Part shown: positions 26,355 to 38,900 of the stretch, in pieces
Position numbering within the stretch: position 1 is the stretch's first letter
Layout of the letters: the number at the start of each line of letters is the position of its first letter
Program-made: the position numbers and the translations under genes
Notes under the pieces: model-generated
Seen by the model: the letters and a program-made list of their open reading frames with translations, nothing else
Databases searched by the model: none
Told to the model about the DNA's origin: nothing
NCBI RefSeq assembly: GCF_000181795.1
Contig: NW_003526941.1
Location: forward strand, 999,844 to 1,063,843
Length of the DNA: 64,000 nucleotides
Source of the DNA: Trichinella spiralis
Lineage: Eukaryota
Direction of reading: 5' to 3'

Positions 26355-27128
26355 TCAAGCTAATTTTTGTCTCTTGAGCACGTAATTCTGGTGAAAAAAG
26401 CGACTGAACAACGTCAACAAGTAAACGTAAATGGCTAGTTGAATTGCGCCGGCTAATTCTGTAGCGTCACAAGGCTGGGCAGTGGTCAGCATGTAAAATA
26501 TGATGGCACAGATCAGTGAACCAATGATGAACTGGACAATTTGCATGCTTGTTATGAACGGCTTGACAAAACCAGGAAGCCGAGCGCCGAGGGAGACGAG
26601 AAAAAAGTACGCGTACATTGCCGAATGGACGACCGCGTTCATGAACACTCCCCAACGGGCGGAGGCCATGTACAGCGGATAGGTGCACCAACACCAGAGC
26701 AGAACGATGAAATGGTGGATGTAGTGCAAGTAAACGACAGGGCGCTTGCGAAGCACTATGAATACCGTGTCGCCGAGTTCGAACAATTTCGAATAATAGA
26801 AAAGTGCAACCCAATAACTTCGCTCACCTTCGAAAAAATGTCCACGCTTGCAAAACGAGCTAACAAATCCCCAGGAACGCAACGTGTCGAACAGTTCAGG
26901 TGCCACTTTGTACGTTGTCATCAAGCTGAACATGGTGAACATGGCATTCCACAATGCCAACGGCCTTTTCAGATTCAAAGCCGGACGATTGCGCATAAAT
27001 ATCGGTCCAGCGTGCACAAACATCAAGTATACCGCTGCCCATAGAACCGAATGATGCCAGTTGCGCAAAAGGAACGTGTCCGGATCGCGAACGGCCGACA
27101 CAATATTATACTCAGTCAACATGTCCAT
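26355..27128 (-). CDS. elo: Very-long-chain fatty acid elongase, ELO/GNS1/SUR4 family (ELOVL6-like), 257 aa, intronless
   Basis: All four ELO motifs are present: KLFELGDTVFIVLRK, LHYIHH (HxxHH), MNAVVHSAMYAYF and ITSMQIVQF. There are multiple hydrophobic segments and a basic C-terminus. Confidence 0.95.
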   Translation of the reverse strand: MDMLTEYNIVSAVRDPDTFLLRNWHHSVLWAAVYLMFVHAGPIFMRNRPALNLKRPLALWNAMFTMFSLMTTYKVAPELFDTLRSWGFVSSFCKRGHFFEGERSYWVALFYYSKLFELGDTVFIVLRKRPVVYLHYIHHFIVLLWCWCTYPLYMASARWGVFMNAVVHSAMYAYFFLVSLGARLPGFVKPFITSMQIVQFIIGSLICAIIFYMLTTAQPCDATELAGAIQLAIYVYLLTLFSRFFHQNYVLKRQKLA

Positions 27129-28852
27129 TGCTTTCCAACTGCTTCTTCACACGACTTCAACAATTGACACAGTCTTGACGCTACCAACGTCAGACAAAAC
27201 GCAAACTACCACAGTATCTTTTTTCTTTTTAAATCAAACGTTACTAGAATGCTTAGGTACGCTACCAATTCCGCGAATCGTTCATTTTCATTCTTACTGT
27301 AGATTTGTTGATAATCACGTTCAAACTCATTGTCGTCATTATTAAGTCAAAAGCATTTTAAAAATTTCATTACAATTTTCAATGGCAACATTCCCACAAC
27401 TTTGCCAGTCAATCATGGCATACGAATAAGGAGGAATTGAATTTACCTTGACCTGAATTGAATTGCAACGTTTAATAGTTCTGAAGTTTGAAAAGTAAAA
27501 GTCTTAAAACTTCGATGCACTTCAAAGCGCACGAACAACCAACTGCTTGTTACATGATTTTAGCGAACATTGTCAATAACCGGAATTTTCAGTAAAATTA
27601 ACAAAAATGACCGTGAAAAAGAAACCGCTTTCAAAAATTGCACAGGCTATATTAAGTATTTATGGATTTGTAAACTTTCTCACTTAAACAAAATATATTT
27701 TAAAAAAATAAAAATATTAAAAACAAAAAAAAACAATAAATAAAATATTTTTACACAATTCTACCTGAATCGTTAATAACCTGCGTCGTAGTGGTCTTTT
27801 GCGCACAGTGAAAAAATTTTTATATTATATGTACACTAGTGTGCAAAGATTGATCAGAAAAAATAAACTGCCTAACACTACGTGACAGCTTCAGCTTACC
27901 CAAACTGCAGCTAGCGACTCGTTGAGAAAAATGGCTTTTCATTCAGTTTTATAATCTGCAAGGTTTTTTGATAAAGAAATAAAGAAAAATGAATTGTTGT
28001 CTGAGTGCAAAAAACATTTTACTAGGTAAAATGTGGAACCAGTGAATAAACTATTCGTAATGCTGGTGAATGTGAAAGTGAGTGGACATGATTAGCATTA
28101 ATTAGCTAATGTATTAAGAAAGAACAAAGAAGTTGTTGAAGAAAGACGGCTGACCACGCACTCAAATTGCACAATATTCACAAGCACACACACATACACA
28201 TAAACACGCACACACCCATGATGTATAAAGGAACGTACAGTGCAATAAATCTTCATGGAGAAATTATTCACGAAAATGGCGCAAGAAACAGTCAGTAAAA
28301 TATATCCGCGCGCAAATTCATCTGTTTTATGAGTGCCAATTGAAGCCAGCCAAAAAAGCATCGAATGACCACCAAATGAGATTTTTTAAAACAAATATAA
28401 AGAAATATAAAAAATAAACTTATTGGAAGCAACTAAACAGAAAGAAAGAAAGAAAGAGTAAGTAATCTACGCCTTGATACAAAAAGCAAATCGACAATCG
28501 TTCCATATATATTATAACCAAGCTGCATCTGTACTTTGTTACATTATAAATGAATGTAACGACGTATTTTACCTGAAAACACAACAAAAAAACATATAAG
28601 CATTAGTTTCAATTGAATTAAGCATGAATTTCCTAAAAAATAAAACATTTTATATGCATTCTTGAATTGCTTTGGAAAAGAATTTTAAAATCACAGCAAT
28701 TTAAATTCCTCATAAAAATACTCTTACTCAAAAGCGCATTAATTTAAAACAAACTGCACACTATTTTCCTAAAACTTTTGAAAATACACTACCATCAAAT
28801 GACGTTGAAAAAAAACATTTTAGCAATACAAATAAAAATCTACTGCACATAC

Positions 28853-28902
28853 CATCGAAAATTTCAACGACGTCCCATATTATCCGGCACCGGAAGAGTT
28901 CT
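28853..28902 (-). CDS. Candidate downstream terminal coding exon for short ankyrin isoforms (ENSSGAG*), followed by a further acceptor at 28573
   Basis: Minus strand reads tttcag|AGAACTC...GATG|gtatgt; read in phase 1 it gives E-N-S-S-G-A-G-stop. Evidence is splice signals only. Confidence 0.4.
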
Positions 28903-29245
28903 CTGAAACGGTAGGTACTGAATTGACTGTGATTAATTCAATATTCGATTCAATTAAAAATCAAACAGACCTATCTGAAATCTAAAAGACATACATGCGG
29001 CGTTCACGTGCAGTTCTGTAATATTGTCAAACGCTGCGAACAATCATGCACACACACACACACACACACAACCTCCAGGAACTGCTATTATCCTTTGACA
29101 TTGTGCTAATTAATAATCCCTGCCTTAGGGTAGCAGTAAGATGCTTTCTACTGTTGTTACAGATAAAAGAAATGTATACAGTTACACAAACACACACAGA
29201 GATACACAATTGCACGCAACACTACTACACGTTCATATGTAACAT

Positions 29246-29319
29246 ACACACACACACACATACATACATACATACATACATACATACATACATACATACA
29301 TACATACATACATACATAC
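29246..29319. repeat. Compound microsatellite (CA)n-(TACA)14-15
   Basis: Read directly from the sequence. Nearby are (CA)n at about 29049-29071 and (TA)n at about 29630-29664. Confidence 0.95.
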
Positions 29320-29632
29320 GCACGTACGTACAAATTTCTATACACATATGCATAATCAATCACTCTGCCTAATTTCCCTGTATTCGACTGACTGATTGAT
29401 AAATAAAAATCTTCACAAACTTATCGATCATATTAAGGCAACAGTAAAGTATAACGTATAAATGTAATGTAAGCTCACACCCACAAAGTAGCAATAATAA
29501 TAATAACAAAAAGCATACACAACGCCCGACAACAACGAATAATAATAAACAGGTGAATCACACAACAAGAAAAAAATAATCTCGGAGCCGTCTCGTTTAA
29601 CGGATCACATCAATTATTTCGTCTTCATCATA

Positions 29633-29664
<32 letters not shown>

Positions 29665-29967
29665 CAAGTTGACAGTTTTTGTCGTTATTTGACAATAACG
29701 ATGATTTAAAAAAGTAAGTAGGAAAATATGAAGATTGAAAAGCACATTCAACACAAATACGCACATATATGTATGCAATATATGTACTGCACACACATGT
29801 ATGTCTGCAGTTTTTAAAGAGTGAAAATAAAATGAAGTGTTGTAATTTGAAAAGGTGATCAAACAGAAGAAGTAGAACAACAACGTTGCACGTTCACATG
29901 CAGCAAGTGCATCAAGCTTTACCTGCACTAATGTAACACAACGCCAACCACCTTTCAGACTCTGCAC

Positions 29968-32900
29968 TTAAGCGTTCGAATGATACATTTCGAGAGAATC
30001 ACCACTGCCGTCTGAATCTGGAGATTGATCGCTCAACTTGCGCTCGAGCCTGACTCCAGTAACACCACTGGACTGTTGTTGCTGTAGTTGTGGATGTTGT
30101 TGAAGTTGCTGCTGCTGTTGTTGGTAGTAAGTGTGGTGCTGCAAGGCTAGCGCCGCGTGGTCACGACGCATGACTAAGGTCGTGTGCGGGCCGCTATCTT
30201 GCCACACCCATTCTGACTCAGAAGAGCGAACCCCTGACTGAATACTATGCGAACCCGTTTCGTCATGCTCACCTGCTCGCAAATTACTAATCAGTGGTCC
30301 TCCTCCACTAACACGGCGAACAACGGTTGTCGTTACATTGCCCTGTTCATCCGTGCTGGTAAACTGCTCGAACGACCCGGATCTCGACAACATCGCGTTC
30401 GTCAATGATTCTATTGACTCGGAACCGGTGAATCGAATTCTCGAATTCACGGGATCCGTTTCACGAGTGCTTACCGTGCGCGTGATTACCTCGTACGAAC
30501 CGTCGACAAGTGGCCGACGAGTTTCAAATCGCGTCAAAGATGTCACAAAATCACCATCACCACCAGCACCAGTAGCAGCATTGCCAGAACCGACGGCAGT
30601 CCCACCGAAAGACCGCGACCCGCTGAAACAATCACTTACAAACGAGCGACGCTCGTCTACTGGAGTATCCGGATCAGCATCCGGCTGCTGGTGTTGTTGT
30701 TCATCAACAACAATGGTCGATTCTTCCAAATCTCCGCACAGTGAATCCCTTTCTGCCAACAGTTCCTCATCACCGTACTCTTGAAACGTTCCTATCGTGT
30801 CACAGCTCAACAACGCGCGCCCTTCACCCGGTTGCTCTTGCAAGCCGTCCGCATTGTCTGTTTCGTCAGTAGACATTTCAGAAACCGTACTAGCTATTAA
30901 ACTGTCCTTGTCACTGCTGAACATTATTGACTCAGCCGCAATTTTAGGACCTGACTGAAGGAGGTTGGAATCTTGTTCTGGCTCAAGTGAATCACTCCGG
31001 GACAAGTTCGTGTCCTGTGCTTGCGCTTGTTGCTTTGACATCCTCATTGCATACCCTTCCAACGAATCCATGCTTGTAGTGAACATGATTTGCTGCTGCT
31101 GCTGTTCACCTACAGTTGGCGTTGTACGACCAGACTCAACTTGCTGTTCCACAACAGTAGCGAAAGAGTCTCGTTCTGGTTCACTGACCGATTGTACATC
31201 CTCACTATCACTTTCTTCTTTGATATCAGACAATGTCATCATCAGTGATGATTCCCCGCCACCTTCAGCTGTTGTTCCTTGTGCACATTTCTCACTTGTG
31301 CCCATCATCGTTAGCTGCGCACTGGACTCTTCGCATTCGCGTTCCAATCGCTCGAACTCGGCAAGCGAGCTAACGGAACCGTTGCTAGAACGTTTGTTTG
31401 CTAATGGGAGATTGAGTGCCTCAGTTTCAGAACTGCTAACGCTGCTGTCACCCATTTTGATATTCATCATCAACTCACGCTCGAAACGTTCAAATTCCAA
31501 CAGCGAACTCGTCTCAGAAACGTTGTCCATTGAACTGTGCTTGGACGATCGTACCGTGGCGGGTCGCTTCCATGGCGAACCAACTGCCTCTTCTTCGCTA
31601 ACCTCAGCCTCAGCCACTGTTCGCAATTCCATATCAGGCGACTGTTCCTCAGATTTCACCGGTGACTCCTGCGACTGCTGTTCTTCCACTTCATGCTTTT
31701 CAGCAACAAACGGCGCAGACGCTTCAATGCTATCTTCTGAACATACGCTCGTCAAGAGCAAATCATCCGGTCGAACTGGTACAGGGCACGTGCTTTGTTG
31801 CTGTCCATTGGCAACTTCTGCTATCAAGCCATCGTCTAACGTGTAAACCATTTCCGAATCCAAACACGCCGGTTCAACCTCATCCACTTCTGGACTGCTC
31901 ATTTGAAAACTGCCCACTGATGCTAATACTGGCTGGTCAGACACTGTCTCACTTTCGTTCGAAGGGGACTGATCCACCTGAACAACTTGTTCAGGTGGAA
32001 TCTCTTTGATCTGGTCACCAGACCACTTCAAACATTCAATCGGCGTCTCCCAGACTGGATACGGACTGCCAACCTTAGCCTCGACCAATTCAGTTTCTGC
32101 AAGTTCCGCATTTTCATCAGGCGATTCCACAAATACCCACTCTTGATCATAATCATCTTCCTCACGAATTGACTGTACTGCATCGGAATGCTCTTTTGAA
32201 GGTGAAACTGCCACGCTGACCATTTCACCACTACTGTGCTGCACAACCGCTTCTGACGATGCTTGCCTTCCAATCAGCTCATGATGGACAATACTGACTA
32301 ATGGATCATCTACGTGGACAAGAGTCTGCGCATCTGAGGAATCCTGTTTTCCATCAATTACAAACTGCTCCGCGCATCTGATTTCAAGCTCATCTCCCTC
32401 AGTTTGCACTTTGAATTCATCTTGAATTGGCGTTTTACCCACTTCTGCATTTTCACATATTGTTGATGCAACAGACAACTGAGAATGTCCAACACTGTCA
32501 GCAACATCCTCAATGTTAACTAATTTTCCAATATCAGCGGTATCGGCAAAAGAGTGCACTGAAGAAGTACCCGCATTTGCACCGCCTGCGCCTGCTTCTT
32601 CAGCGGAAATTGACAACTGACCGGCAACAGCGTCTTGCTGGGTACCTAATCGACGCTGAATATCATCATCATCATCATCCTTATTACCTGTCATTGCTGA
32701 GCTGATCTCATGTTTCTCATTTGGAAAAGCATGCCAACCGACTGGTGCCTCGTCATCGTCAACAACTGATTTTTTACACAAGAAATCGTCCGCTTGATCT
32801 AGATTACTAACTGTCAAGTTCAAATCGACTGCTTTTCCTTCACTGATGTCATCAACGGACGGTGAAAAAGAATCCAGAACTTGCTTCTGTTCCTGATCAA

Positions 32901-35900
32901 CAAGAGAGTCAGAAGAAAACTGACAACTTTCCATATCTGCTGTACGCGCGTTTCCCTCTGACGTGAACGTAAGCCGTGCAGCACAAACAGAATCCTCATC
33001 CAAACCACTACCGTCATCATAACGTAATGAAACAAACGCGTTTGAGCCGACATTCACGTCTGCTGCATCACAAACAGCAGAGCTATCAATTTCTGATACA
33101 AAATTTCTATCACCAGCATCAATCCCACACTCCGCATCATCATTCAGAGATAACTTTTCAACAGTTCGTTCAACAACAGTATCTTTGCAATGCTGCTGCG
33201 CATCAATATCATCAATTCGATCAGTTGCACCAGGGTGCAACTGAAAATCCGCTGGCGTCGTCTCAGATGACAACAAATCTGAATGAATAGAAAAATCAGA
33301 ACTCATCGGTTTCTCAGCACTAGTTGCCACTGCTGAGGACTCCGGAAAATCAACTGCAGTATGGCCAGTATGAAAAGCACACTCTTCCGTAGCATCACTG
33401 GCACTTTTGTCATCATGACCTTCATGGTGTTGCTGCAACAAGTGAAGAGTTGGCTGCTCAAATAGTGGTTCATGTTCGACAGCACTAATTTCTCGATCAT
33501 CTACTGTGCCAGTAAAACTTTCACTGCGCGAAAATTCTTCACCAGGGCTCAACATTTTAGATGAGACATCTTCAGCGCAAACTGCTTCAATATTCAGTGC
33601 ATGCTCAGCTTCGCGTACTTCTTCAACAGCTACTTTCAGAACATCCGTTATTAGCGCAGCTGCGCTGTCTCTGTGGGCAGATAAAATACAGTTTTCATCA
33701 ACATTTTTCTCCTCTTCTTCTTCCGTCTGTTTCAGTGGTACTGTACTCTGAGATTCAGTTGAACGATCAGTTGTTGCTTCGTCAGCAACGGCTGATTCAA
33801 GCTGTGGTTGATGACCAATGCTAAACGAATGGTCATCACCAATGCCGCCACGTTGCTTGGTAATCAGCTCCCCTCCAGCTACCATTTCCGCTGAAGGAGC
33901 AACACCTTCACGAGCGGCTGTGCTACTAGCGCAGCAATGCTCATCGAGGGCAATTTTTGAGAAAACTCCACCATCTTCAACGCCTTCGCCTCGTTCTTCC
34001 ACAGACAACAAGTCTGTCGCGCTAACTGACTGCGCAGTTAAACATTGCTCATGCACCTCAGAAAGCACTGACGCAGCTGCAGACACTTCAACGTCAACGC
34101 TTCCAGAACTGTCTTCAGTTGGATAGAAAACAGCGCCAGCACCAACCGAAAAAGCAGAGCTCATCGGCGTGTCAGTTTCAGAAAGCGCTTCAAAGTGCTC
34201 GTCATCGTCAGCTTCGTGCTCAGTTCTCTCAGCCTCTGGCTTTTGTTCAGGTTTTGATTCATCAGCAACTGCATTCAATTTCAGAGATGCTACTGGTGCT
34301 ACAAATGCAAATTCCCCTGGAAGTGTCGAAGCACCACTGCCTTCTTTCCGAGTAGAATCTGAAATTCGCTGTTCAATATCAGGCAATGCACCAGCATGAA
34401 CATCTGCATAACTGTAAAATGGAAGAGAATCCAGAATCGCTTTTTCGACTAGCTGATTCTGCAAATTGCCCTCTTCTTCTAGCATACTGTCGTGTGGCTG
34501 CGGCGCTACTGGCTGCACTGGTAAAGTATCACCGCTGCCAGTAGTCATCGATGCATCGACAGCAGGTTGTTGATGAACTTCTTCCAATGGAAACGGACCG
34601 CTGTCAGACTGCTCCTCTTCTGCCAGTGGTTGAGCTTGTTTGTCAACAAAACTTTCTTCCAAGCCAATGTCACTGATTACAGCACGTGTGACGCGTTCAA
34701 ACTCAACAAACTGTGACAATGCAGACAGTGCAGTGTCACACGGATCAGCTGATGCTGCTGCTGCTTCTACCTCAGGCAACGACACTTCATGCTCGTCCAT
34801 TTCCATTCGTTGCTGCTCAGCAGTGCTTTCAACAAAGCCAGTCTGATCAGTCATGCAAAGCGGACTCAATTCTTCCGGTATTGAAAAATGCTCCACATCA
34901 CTGGGGGTCGACAGCAGCTTGTCTTCGTTGTCATAGGTCGAATATTTGTCTGTTTGTTGCTGCTCACCACTGGTGCTTAGGCTGTCCAGTAAAATGCGAC
35001 TGTCACATTCTGCTTGATGAGATATTGCAAACGCTTCAGCAAGAACGTCATCAACCAGTTGCTCGGCGAGTGATGCTTCAGGTTCAACCGCAGGTATGAC
35101 ATCTGATTCAGTGTCAGCTGAAAATTCAAAAGAATCCACTTCCAAAGATGACGGCTCTGGATGTTCATTAAAGTGAATTATTCTACTTGAAGACTCTTCA
35201 CCAGGCGGCTGAGAAATTTCTGACAAATCAATTTCTGCTGTTGACCTTTCGACAAAGTTATCAAAAAATGCATCGCTTGTCTCCGCCGCATCACACTCGT
35301 AAATGTCGTCAGTGTCCGGTGATCCGCTGATCAGACTTGCCCGAGTGACGCATATTTCTGGTGCAGGCACAGCGACAACCGCTCCATCGTTCAAAGGCTC
35401 TTCTTGCTCTGACAAAAAATCCAACTCGGACAACAGTTGAACTTTTTCAGGAACGTCTTCTTCACCAGTCGGTGACGGCAAGTTTCCATGCAATTCCACA
35501 CTCGCATCATCCAATTTTTGCGCATCGTCGTTATCAGCACCAGAATCGACACCACTGCTTTTCCGTTCTACGACCACTCGATAGGTTGTTTTCATCCATC
35601 CAGACTCAGCGATTGAAATCTGACTTCCAAAACTGGACGCAAGTTCCGCTTTGGTGAGCGCGCTAACGGCCACATCAGAGGGCGCATTTCCACCACCCTC
35701 TTCAGTTGCATCCGCCGAACTATGCATTAATGGCCCAGCCAAACTGCGCTCAGCACTGATTTGTTCGACACCGAGTGTTGAAGCAGCGTGACGTTTCAGC
35801 GCCTCCTCCTGTGACCGTTGCTCCAACATTGTCAACAAACCATCTGAATGAACTCGAATCAACGACTGAATATGCTCATCAACGGGAACTGAAGCGCCAG

Positions 35901-38900
35901 ACTCGTCCAAAGCAACAATCGACCTGCTGATTTGCTCGGCGCTCTCAGACCGCTGTTGAACTGCCTCCACCACAGCCACCTTTTTGCTGCTCAAACCGCC
36001 GAACATTCCGCTGAACATACCTTTCATTTTCTGCGTAAACTTCACCTCAGGTGAAGGTTCCACTGCAGAAGTTTGCAGCCTGCTGGAATCTACGGGAATT
36101 CCACTGGCGATACCATATTCGGCAAAACCAGCTGGTTCGTTTATAACAGTTTCGTGCACACTTCGTAGAATATCCTGTGATCCTCGATGGCTGTGACCAA
36201 CGGCTCTCACGAATGCCGTTTCCACGTCTGCATCGTCACTCTGCTCTACTTTGCTAGATACTGTGGTGTCTTTGTAAAACTCCACTGAAATTGGTCTAGC
36301 ACCGATCGTGAAAGTTTCGACATAATTGTCATCAGTTTTGTAGGTAGTTGAGCTTATTAGCAATGATTCATCGCCGTCTTTCTTCAATTCCAATACTTCC
36401 ATTGCAGGAAGCGCCGTTTCTGGGTCAGGATGATGTTCATAATCTTCTGTTGACCTATGAGCCAAATTGTTCACTGTCGACTGAATCACATCAGCTGAGA
36501 GTTCAACACCATCTGTTGTTGGTTCTGGTGAAAACGGCTCAGTGTCAACAACTAGCTCAGCATCAGCACCTGGTTCTGGAGACAAACTCCCCGCTGAACC
36601 AATACGTTGAAAATAAGATCTCTGAACATGAAATTCCATATCTGATGTGCCAGATCGAGCGGGAGCATCGTCGTCGACCACCAAAGTGGCGGAAGCAGGT
36701 GCACCAACAACATCGAGCTTTTCTTTCTGTTTTTCACCATTATCTTCTTCTTCTTCTTCTGCCAGTAATGAACCACGCCATGATCGTTCAGTTAGAGTTG
36801 GACTCGCTTCAGCTGTCCGGTAGTCACCGCTTTGACTTGCACCAATTTTGCACGTCTCGTAAATTCCGTGTGCTTGGCCTTCGCTCTCTTCTGCTAGTCG
36901 GCTACTGTCCTCATATGAACCAGTCGACATAAAACTTCCCCCAACTAGAGCAGATTCATCTTCTTCTTTGATAATCGTTTTATGATCCTGACCATGGTCG
37001 AATGGTAAGACACCTTCGCCAACTGCGGTAGGCGTAATTGGCGAGCCTTCGATCGGAGACAGCATAAATGTCCGTTCCATCAGCACTGCTGGAGCGAAGT
37101 GCTCGTCAGGGCTGAGCATACCCTCAGAAATATCGTGAATACGATGGAGCAGTATAGCGGAATCAGTGATCAGATGGCCGGGAATCTGCCGTCGATCATG
37201 CGCCTCTTCGAAATACGGTCTCGAAACTGGAGGCACTTCACAAAACACAGTCTCTTCGTCGTCATCGTCAACAGGCCTGTCTTCGTCAGTCAATAATTCA
37301 TCCCTGCGAAAAGGAACATATCCTGCTCGCGAGTCATCATAGCATGTAGCAGAAATTGGTGTGCTTGATTCAGCATCTATTTTTCCAACAGCTGAATCAC
37401 CTAATCCTCCACTGTCTGATTGTTCCGTTGCAGCAGTGTTCGACCGCTGGCATACATTCATCGGTTTGAAGAGGCCATCAATAACATTCGAATAACTGTA
37501 CACTGGCACCAAACTGCCACACTCGAACTGTGTTGCAACACGACGATGCTGCTGCAGGCCGCTGATTACGCCAACACTGCTGTAAATCAAGTAGGATTCG
37601 TCAAGCGCTGCCTGTTCAGCAACAGGCGCGGCTGCAATTTGCTCCTGCTCTTCCTGCAACTTCTTTTCGATAAATTTATCTTTCATTTCAATTTCTGCGT
37701 CATCGACCGCTTCAACGCTGGCAAATATCAAATCCAAAGAATCTTCGTGTTTGCTTTTCATCATTTTTCCACATATCCAACTTTTATCAGTTCCGGACGT
37801 TTTAACGTTATCTCCAGGTTTCAAAATCAGTTCCATTGAAGCTTTTGAGCCCGTCAATCCGTCTGGTGATTCCACCAACTTTTCCACATCATCAACAGTG
37901 TCACGTGCAAAAAAAGTTGACAACAGTGGGGTAGATTGATGAACTTCTTCTTCGCCTGCAATGCCAGGTCTGGTCAGCTGTTGGTCAGTTTGGCTCTGCC
38001 TCTGCCCACTGTCACATTCACCAACGACTGATTCGGCGGATTTCTTCTCCAATTCCATTTCAGAATCACTGACGTCATCAACGACAGCTGACATGTGTGC
38101 TACATCATGCTCTCCATTTGAGGTCTCCATTTTCTGCATATCAGTTTTACCAGTAGAACGCAATTTGTCTTCAAGATCAACTATTTCAGATTTGCAGACA
38201 ACTGAAGTTGACTGATCAGTAGTAACAATCGAATTTGACCATTCGTGCTGAACTTGATCCGTACATTCCGTTACGGGCACATCTTCAGTGGCCAAAACCA
38301 ACGAGCATTGTTCTACTACACGTACATGATGCTTTTCATCATCAGGATGAAGCACTGCAGTGTCCGATACAGACAATACAGGCTCTTCCACGCCTAAGCT
38401 CGGAGTCATTACAATCACAGTACGATGATCATCAGTTTGAAATCCTTGAGCAGTAGGAGGCAGATCTTGAAAAGCCACTACAGGTTCTGATACGGGCAAT
38501 CCAGCTTCTGCCGTCCATTCTTCAGTCTTTTGAGCGTGCGCTTCAGGTATCAGTTCCAATGAAGCTCGCTGATAGTCAAGCAATCGGTGTTCTACAAACG
38601 ATTCCACTGGCACAGCATCGGCCTGCTCACACAGATCATACAATTCTGTACAATATCGAATCTCCAGTTCATCAGCGGCTGGAGTCATTTTACCGGTCTC
38701 TTGATGAACAGTCCTAACGGTGTCATCCGCAGATAAAATTGCTGTTGTCTTCAAATTATCAAGAGACGGTCCTACGACGTCACTGACCACTGGTCTACCC
38801 ACGACTGACTGCGACTTCTCATACACTGCTCGCACAGATTCAGCAGCGGCCGCTGATTCGACCATTGACGTGTAGCGTTCTTGTTCAGACTGCTTGTGCA

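Noticed and set aside
29614..29967. In-frame ORF immediately after the giant exon stop, as stop-codon readthrough
   Set aside because: TAA-G is not a typical leaky context, and the continuation runs into low-complexity TA repeats.
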